The notes under the pieces are model-generated. The model had not been told where the DNA came from. It ran no database searches and worked only from the letters and a program-made list of their open reading frames with translations. A stretch of DNA of 64,000 nucleotides from Candidatus Omnitrophota bacterium (GTDB taxonomy: Bacteria > Omnitrophota > Gorgyraeia > 2-01-FULL-45-10), in assembly GCA_043798375.1 (NCBI GenBank), contig JAZDOS010000042.1, positions 5,037 to 69,036 on the forward strand. The letters run 5' to 3'. Each line of letters starts with the position of its first letter. The stretch's first letter is position 1. The translations under genes were made by a program, and so were the position numbers. Of this stretch, positions 58,903 to 64,000 are shown one piece after another.

Positions 58903-59924
58903 AGTTCAATTTCGAAGCAACAGGCCTCGGAAGCGTTCCGTTCAAAGATCCCAAAGTTGCCTTGCGCGTAATATTCGAAAATTGTAAAGAAATCCCGTTC
59001 TGGCCGCAGCTTCCGAAAAGATCATTCCTCGAAAATATGTATGCCCAATACTCCGAACACCTGCCCGGGCTCGTCCTGGACGAGGCGAATAAGAGCCTGT
59101 ATATCGATACGACCGGGGTGGCGGAGACCGTGGAGGAGGTCTACGGGAAATATCTCGAAGGCGATACCGAATTTTTCAGGATGTCCGAGGATCGGGCGCC
59201 CGGTTTCTATCATTTTCTGGAAAGCCTCAAGAATCCCCCGAAAGAGATTAAATTCGTCAAAGGCCAGATAACGGGCCCGGTCAGCTTCGCCCTTTCCGTG
59301 ACCGACCAGAACAAGCGCGCCATAATCTACGATAAAGACCTCCTTGAAATTGTTACAAAGACGATGGTGATGAAGGCCAGATGGCAGGTGAGGAAACTTA
59401 AGAAGGCCTGGGCCTCGGTGATTATCTTTATAGACGAACCGTATCTGGTATCGATAGGCTCGAGCTACGTCAATATAAATGCTTCAACCGCTTTTGAAAA
59501 ACTCGACGAGGTTATAAAGGCCGTCAAGAGCGAGGGCGCCCTGGCGGGCCTCCACTGCTGCGGCAACACGGACTGGGGGCTTGTCCTGAAGAGCGATATT
59601 GACATATTGAGCTTCGACGCCTATAATTTTACGAAAGAGCTTGTCCTGTACGGGAACGAACTGAAGGATTTTTTTAATAGAGGCGGGACGGTCGCGTGGG
59701 GTATCGTCCCAAGCTCGGAGGCGATCGACAGCCAGACAAGAAAAAGCCTGAATCAGAAGATGGATTCGGTTTTATCGAGCCTGTCTGAAAAGGGGATATC
59801 GAAAGACAGCATATCGTCGATTATCACCCCGAGCTGCGGGGTGGGAACGCTTGATGAGGAGAGGGCTTTTAAAATTTTTGAGATGACAAAAACAATTTCA
59901 GAAAGTTTTCAAGAAAAACAATAA
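58887..59924 (+). CDS. TIM-barrel protein of the cobalamin-independent methionine synthase (MetE C-terminal) / URO-D-like family. Uses a TTG start that overlaps the htpX stop
   Basis: IFIDEPYL (IQIDEP-like) and GLHCCGNTDW (His/Cys metal-ligand-like motif). Confidence 0.4.
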   Translation: MGKSLKFNFEATGLGSVPFKDPKVALRVIFENCKEIPFWPQLPKRSFLENMYAQYSEHLPGLVLDEANKSLYIDTTGVAETVEEVYGKYLEGDTEFFRMSEDRAPGFYHFLESLKNPPKEIKFVKGQITGPVSFALSVTDQNKRAIIYDKDLLEIVTKTMVMKARWQVRKLKKAWASVIIFIDEPYLVSIGSSYVNINASTAFEKLDEVIKAVKSEGALAGLHCCGNTDWGLVLKSDIDILSFDAYNFTKELVLYGNELKDFFNRGGTVAWGIVPSSEAIDSQTRKSLNQKMDSVLSSLSEKGISKDSISSIITPSCGVGTLDEERAFKIFEMTKTISESFQEKQ

Positions 59925-59944
59925 GTCAATCGCGGTTATTAGGA

Positions 59945-60042
59945 AATCAGGATATTGGGATTTGGAAATTGGGATATTTGGATATTGGGTTTTTGTACCA
60001 ATATCCTAATCCACAAATACCCAAATCCTGATATCCCAATCA
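59945..60042. promoter_or_regulatory. Cluster of at least 6 copies, in both orientations, of a ~10-bp TTGGGATATT / AATATCCCAA motif upstream of the agmatinase-pdaD pair; candidate operator array
   Basis: aggatattgggatttgg aaattgggatatttggatattggg ... ccaatatcctaatcc ... cccaaatcctgatatcccaat. Confidence 0.4.
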
Positions 60043-60059
60043 CCCATCACCCTTTGCTT

Positions 60060-60974
60060 ATGGACGAAAAATATATAATAACACCCGTGTCTGGCACGAC
60101 AACCGTCAAGAACTACATGGGGCTTGACGAAGAATATTCGAGTTTCAAGAAATCGAAAGTCGCTATAATGCAGGTTCCGTATGACAGGACAACGACCTAT
60201 ATTCATGGCACCGCCAAAGGCCCCATGGCGATAATCGACGCGTCCAGATACATGGAGCTCTTCGACGATGAGCTGAACCAGGAGACGTACAAAATAGGCA
60301 TACATACGATGCCCCCGCTCGAAGTCGAAAAATTATCGCCGGAAGAAATGGTAGAAAAGGTCCGTGCCTCTTCGGCCGAACTCTTAAAATCGAATAAATT
60401 CCCGGTCCTTCTCGGCGGAGAACATTCCGTCTCGATAGGCGCGGTCAAGGCCTTCAAGGATGCATATCCCAATATCTCCGTCCTTCACCTGGACGCCCAT
60501 TGCGACATGAGGGACGAGTATTTCGGTTCGAAGCTAAACCACGGCTGTGTCGCGCGAAGGATGTCCGAGATCTGCCCTGTTGTGCAGGTCGGGACGCGGA
60601 GCATGTCAAAAGAAGAGAAGGATTTTCTCGGCAGTCAGGCCAACGGCAAGATTAAGACGATAAACGTATATGATATACTGGATAATCCTATGTGGAAGGA
60701 TGCCGCGACTAATAGCTTGAGCGAAAACGTTTATATCTCCATAGACCTTGACGTTTTTGACATATCTCTCGTTCCCGCGGTCGGAACTCCCGAACCCGGC
60801 GGGATCGGATGGTATGAGACGCTCGATCTTTTAATGGATGTGTCGAAGGATAAAAAAATAGTCGGATTTGACGTCGTCGAACTTTGCCCCATACAGGGAT
60901 CTCCTGCGTCCGACTTTCTGGCAGCCAAGCTCATTTACAGGCTTTTGGGGTATGTATTCGGCAGTAAGAGATAG
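60060..60974 (+). CDS. speB: Agmatinase (arginase/ureohydrolase family)
   Basis: GGEHSVSIGAVKAF, LHLDAHCDMRDEY, SIDLDVFD Mn-binding motifs. Start set at the ATG at 60060; the ORF-track extension covers the motif array. Confidence 0.7.
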   Translation: MDEKYIITPVSGTTTVKNYMGLDEEYSSFKKSKVAIMQVPYDRTTTYIHGTAKGPMAIIDASRYMELFDDELNQETYKIGIHTMPPLEVEKLSPEEMVEKVRASSAELLKSNKFPVLLGGEHSVSIGAVKAFKDAYPNISVLHLDAHCDMRDEYFGSKLNHGCVARRMSEICPVVQVGTRSMSKEEKDFLGSQANGKIKTINVYDILDNPMWKDAATNSLSENVYISIDLDVFDISLVPAVGTPEPGGIGWYETLDLLMDVSKDKKIVGFDVVELCPIQGSPASDFLAAKLIYRLLGYVFGSKR

Positions 60975-60982
60975 GATTCAAG

Positions 60983-61552
60983 ATGCTCCTCGTTCCGCGT
61001 AAAAATTTATTGGTCCCGAAGAAGATATTCTTCACGAAAGGTGTCGGCACCCACAAGGCGGAGCTCCGGAGTTTCGAGCTTGCGCTTCGCGACGCGGGGA
61101 TAGAAAAATGCAATCTCGTCAAGGTATCGAGCATACTTCCGCCGGAATGCAAAGTGGTCTCCCGCAATGAGGGCCTGAGAGAGTTTTATGCCGGCATGAT
61201 AACATTCGCGGTAATATCCAGGTGCTCCGCCAACGAGCCGCACCGCCTTATCGCCGCCTCCATCGGCTGCGCGGTCCCGGCCGATCCCCACGCGCACGGA
61301 TACCTGAGCGAACACCACGCGTTCGGCCAGAATGAAAAAATAGCCGGCGACCTCGCCGAAGACCTCGCGGTAGAAATGTTGGCCTCTACGCTCGGGCTCG
61401 AATTCGACGAAGATAAGTCCTGGGACGAGAATAAGGAGATATACCACTTAAGCGATAAGATTGTCCGCACCTCCAACATCACGCAATCCGCGGTAATAGG
61501 CCCCGAAGGCAGTTTCTCCACGGTAGTCGCCGCAGCCGTATTCCTATTCTAG
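60983..61552 (+). CDS. pdaD: Pyruvoyl-dependent arginine decarboxylase
   Basis: FFTKGVGTHKAELRSFELALRDAGIEKCNLVKVSSILPP with the Ser-Ser self-cleavage site; the length of 189 aa fits. Confidence 0.8.
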   Translation: MLLVPRKNLLVPKKIFFTKGVGTHKAELRSFELALRDAGIEKCNLVKVSSILPPECKVVSRNEGLREFYAGMITFAVISRCSANEPHRLIAASIGCAVPADPHAHGYLSEHHAFGQNEKIAGDLAEDLAVEMLASTLGLEFDEDKSWDENKEIYHLSDKIVRTSNITQSAVIGPEGSFSTVVAAAVFLF

Positions 61553-61617
61553 AATTTTTCGGGGGCAGGACCCGAAAAATTTTCCTATATCAAATACGTA
61601 TTTGCTATAATACTACT

Positions 61618-62796
61618 ATGACCCGACGGATAGAGCTGCCATTTAAGGTAAGAAGGCCTATACTCGCCCTGGGAGCGGATTTGAAGGGGGCGTTTGCTGT
61701 TGCCTACGGCAGGGAAGCGATCCTCGTTGACGGATTCGGCGATCTTAGCGACCCCGACAATTTTACAATATACGAAAAGGCCGTTAAGTCCGAGTTGAAA
61801 AAGCTGAAGATAAAGCCTGGAATCGCAGCCTGCGATCTTCACCCCGGCTATTTTTCTACGCATTTTGCGGAGGAAATAAATGAGTCACACCCATTTATTT
61901 TCCCTTTTATCCCTAATTTAATCAGGGTACAACACCACGAAGCGCATATAGCAAGCGCTATCGTAGATCACGCCATCAAAGGTAAGGTTATAGGCGTCGC
62001 GTTAGACGGCACCGGCTACGGCTCTGACGGCTTTATCTGGGGCGGCGAATTCTTTGTCGGGGACCTGAAGAACTTTCACCGCGCCGCGCATTTCGAATAT
62101 GTCGCGATGCCCGGAGGCGATAAAGCTATACGTGAGCCATGGCGCATGGCCGTAAGCTATCTTTATCAAGCGTTCGGCAAGCGCGCGTTCAACAAGCGCG
62201 CGTTCGGCAAAAAATTTCTGAAGTTAAAGCCGAACTTTTTAAAAAATCTTCAAAAGAGGTGCCAGGCACCTTTATTAAAGATGATAGATAAGAATATCAA
62301 TTCGCCGCTCACGTCGAGCGTCGGAAGGTTATTCGATGCCGTCGGGAGCATCGTTTTGTCGAAACCCAATGCCAGATACGAGGCGGAACTTCCCATCGCC
62401 CTGGAAAAGCTCGCGGATCGCTTATGCGGCGATAGATACGATTTCGGTATTTGCAAAGAGGGTGGTTTAATGAAGATCGACAGCCGTAAAATCATAGAAG
62501 GGATTATGGGGGACATGAGAAGGGGGGTCAATAAGGGGTTAATATCGGGCAAGTTTCATAATACTATAAGCGTTATCATAGTCAGGATGGCGCTTACCCT
62601 GAGCAATAAATATAAGTCGCGGAATATTGTATTGAGCGGAGGGGTCTTCCAGAATCGTTTCTTGACGAAGAGAATAACCGAAATGCTTGCGGGGCCGGGA
62701 CCGAAGGCCTGGCTGCATTCGAAAGTTCCGACTAATGATTCAGGGATACCGATCGGTCAGATCGCGATCGCCAATGCGAGGGTAAAATGTGCTTAG
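61618..62796 (+). CDS. hypF: HypF-like carbamoyltransferase, C-terminal Kae1/YgjD-like domain only (392 aa). The acylphosphatase, Zn-finger and YrdC-like domains of canonical HypF are absent
   Basis: LALGADLKGAFAV, ALDGTGYGSDGFIWGGE and LSGGVFQN match the HypF C-terminal domain. The upstream intergenic region is only 65 nt and the neighbour is pdaD. Confidence 0.55.
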   Translation: MTRRIELPFKVRRPILALGADLKGAFAVAYGREAILVDGFGDLSDPDNFTIYEKAVKSELKKLKIKPGIAACDLHPGYFSTHFAEEINESHPFIFPFIPNLIRVQHHEAHIASAIVDHAIKGKVIGVALDGTGYGSDGFIWGGEFFVGDLKNFHRAAHFEYVAMPGGDKAIREPWRMAVSYLYQAFGKRAFNKRAFGKKFLKLKPNFLKNLQKRCQAPLLKMIDKNINSPLTSSVGRLFDAVGSIVLSKPNARYEAELPIALEKLADRLCGDRYDFGICKEGGLMKIDSRKIIEGIMGDMRRGVNKGLISGKFHNTISVIIVRMALTLSNKYKSRNIVLSGGVFQNRFLTKRITEMLAGPGPKAWLHSKVPTNDSGIPIGQIAIANARVKCA

Positions 62797-62993
62797 GGAT
62801 ACCGATGAAGGTCATGAAAATAAGCGGGGATGAAGGGCTCGTCGAATCAGGCGGACTCAGGAAGCCGGCGAATTTTTCACTATTGAAGAACGTCAGGGCC
62901 GGCGATTACATCCTCATGCACGCGGGCTTTGCGATAGAAAAGATTAAGGAGTCCGAAGCGAAAAAAACACTTAAGGTTCTTAGAGAGTTATGA
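62787..62993 (+). CDS. hypC: Hydrogenase maturation factor HypC
   Basis: N-terminal MCLGIPMKV (the MC[LI][AG][IV]P signature); 68 aa. Confidence 0.85.
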   Translation: MCLGIPMKVMKISGDEGLVESGGLRKPANFSLLKNVRAGDYILMHAGFAIEKIKESEAKKTLKVLREL

Positions 62994-64000
62994 AATACGT
63001 CGACGAGTTCAGGGACGGGTATCTTATAGATAAGCTCGCGGCGGAGATCCGCAAAACCGTAGAGTCCGACCGCGCATATAAATTCATGGAAGTGTGCGGG
63101 ACGCACACGATGAACATATTCAGGTTCGGGCTAAAGGATATTCTGCCGGAAAATATACGCCTCATATCCGGCCCGGGGTGCCCCGTATGCGTTACGCCGA
63201 ATGAATTTATAGACAAAGCGATATGGCTCGCGAATCAGGATGGTGTTATAATAGCCACATTTGGAGATATGTTCAAGGTCCCGGGCTCACGCTCGAGCCT
63301 GGAAAAAGAGAAGGCCCGCGGCGCACAGATTAAGATGGTGTATTCGAGCATCGATGCGCTGTCCCTGGCAAAAAATAACCGAGACAAGGAAGTCGTTTTT
63401 CTAGGAATAGGTTTTGAGACGACGGCTCCGACGGTAGCGCAATCAGTTCTGGCGGCGAAAAAGGAAAAAATTAAAAATTATTCCGTATTATGCGGCCACA
63501 AGACGATGCCGGAGGCCATGAAGCTGCTGGCAGAGGACAAACTTGTTAACATTGGCGGGTTTTTATTACCCGGGCATGTAAGCGCTATAATAGGATCGAA
63601 GCCGTATGAATTTCTGGCAAAAAGATTCGGGAAGAGGTGCGTGATAGCGGGTTTTGAACCGGTAGATATTCTCCAGGCATTGCTTATGCTGATTAAGCAG
63701 AAAAAGCCGCAGGTTGATATTCAATACACAAGGGTCATCGATAGATCGGGTAACAGGTTAGCCCGAAAGACGATAGAAAAGGTTTTTGAAAAAACCGGGT
63801 CTATATGGCGCGGCATAGGCGCGATCGAAGATAGCGGACTAATATTTAAAAGTGAATTTTCGGAGTTTGATGCGGAGTCGAAATTCAATCCAAGGATAGA
63901 ATTGCCCAGGAAAGATAATGGCTGTTTCTGCGGCCAAATTCTCAAGGGCCTGAAGACACCGCTTGACTGCCGGCTCTTCGGCAGGGCCTGCAAACCGGAA
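62990..64000 (+). CDS. hypD: Hydrogenase maturation factor HypD (3' partial, runs off the window end). Its start overlaps the hypC stop (ATGA)
   Basis: MKYVDEFRD..., CGTHT, GPGCPVC and FET motifs. Confidence 0.85.
   Translation, partial: MKYVDEFRDGYLIDKLAAEIRKTVESDRAYKFMEVCGTHTMNIFRFGLKDILPENIRLISGPGCPVCVTPNEFIDKAIWLANQDGVIIATFGDMFKVPGSRSSLEKEKARGAQIKMVYSSIDALSLAKNNRDKEVVFLGIGFETTAPTVAQSVLAAKKEKIKNYSVLCGHKTMPEAMKLLAEDKLVNIGGFLLPGHVSAIIGSKPYEFLAKRFGKRCVIAGFEPVDILQALLMLIKQKKPQVDIQYTRVIDRSGNRLARKTIEKVFEKTGSIWRGIGAIEDSGLIFKSEFSEFDAESKFNPRIELPRKDNGCFCGQILKGLKTPLDCRLFGRACKPE

Noticed and set aside
59955-60059. N-terminal extension of the agmatinase (MGFGNWDIWILGFCTNILIHKYPNPDIPITHHPLL)
   Set aside because: It is a translation of the TTGGGATATT motif array. 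The arginase-fold sequence begins near MDEKYIITP
1-64000. tRNA, rRNA or other structured ncRNA genes
   Set aside because: No cloverleaf-like segments or rRNA-like conserved stretches were recognisable; all non-coding DNA is accounted for by short hairpin/repeat-containing intergenic regions

Overview
All supportable genes in this window lie on the + strand of what looks like a bacterial contig. The first ~34 kb holds three consecutive giant ORFs of >=17.0 kb, 10.2 kb and 5.9 kb; the first is still open at the window's 5' edge and is likely longer. Read by eye, these megaproteins combine long novel regions and a ~20-helix membrane block with recognisable sugar-phosphate and nucleotide-sugar enzyme motifs. 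Protein 1 carries HD, HIT/GalT-like, HAD-phosphatase and a possible DUF692 segment. Protein 2 carries ManC-like mannose-1-phosphate guanylyltransferase and ManB-like phosphohexomutase domains. Protein 3 carries a phosphofructokinase-like domain and a GT-B phosphorylase/synthase-like domain. Downstream is a mannoside/beta-glycan utilisation locus: two Gfo/Idh/MocA oxidoreductases, a sugar-phosphate isomerase, ABC permeases and binding protein, GH130 and GH94 phosphorylases, phosphomannomutase, a GPH symporter, two GH-A mannanase-like hydrolases each paired with a small secreted paralog, a GT2, and ROK and OmpR/His-kinase regulators. After that come htpX, a polyamine pair (agmatinase plus pyruvoyl arginine decarboxylase), and a C-terminal-only HypF followed by hypC and hypD (hypD cut by the window end). 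The intergenic DNA holds two hairpin/repeat families. One is a family of six inverted-repeat elements always placed immediately upstream of start codons; one ~520-bp copy carries a 'four-helix-bundle' ORF of the 23S-rRNA intervening-sequence family, and the five ~100-bp copies look like ORF-less derivatives. The other is a set of palindromes with an AGGTTGCC..GGCAACCT or CTAACCAGGTTAG core. No rRNA, tRNA, CRISPR array or transposase gene was seen. Domain calls rest on motifs read by eye and were not confirmed with HMM searches.
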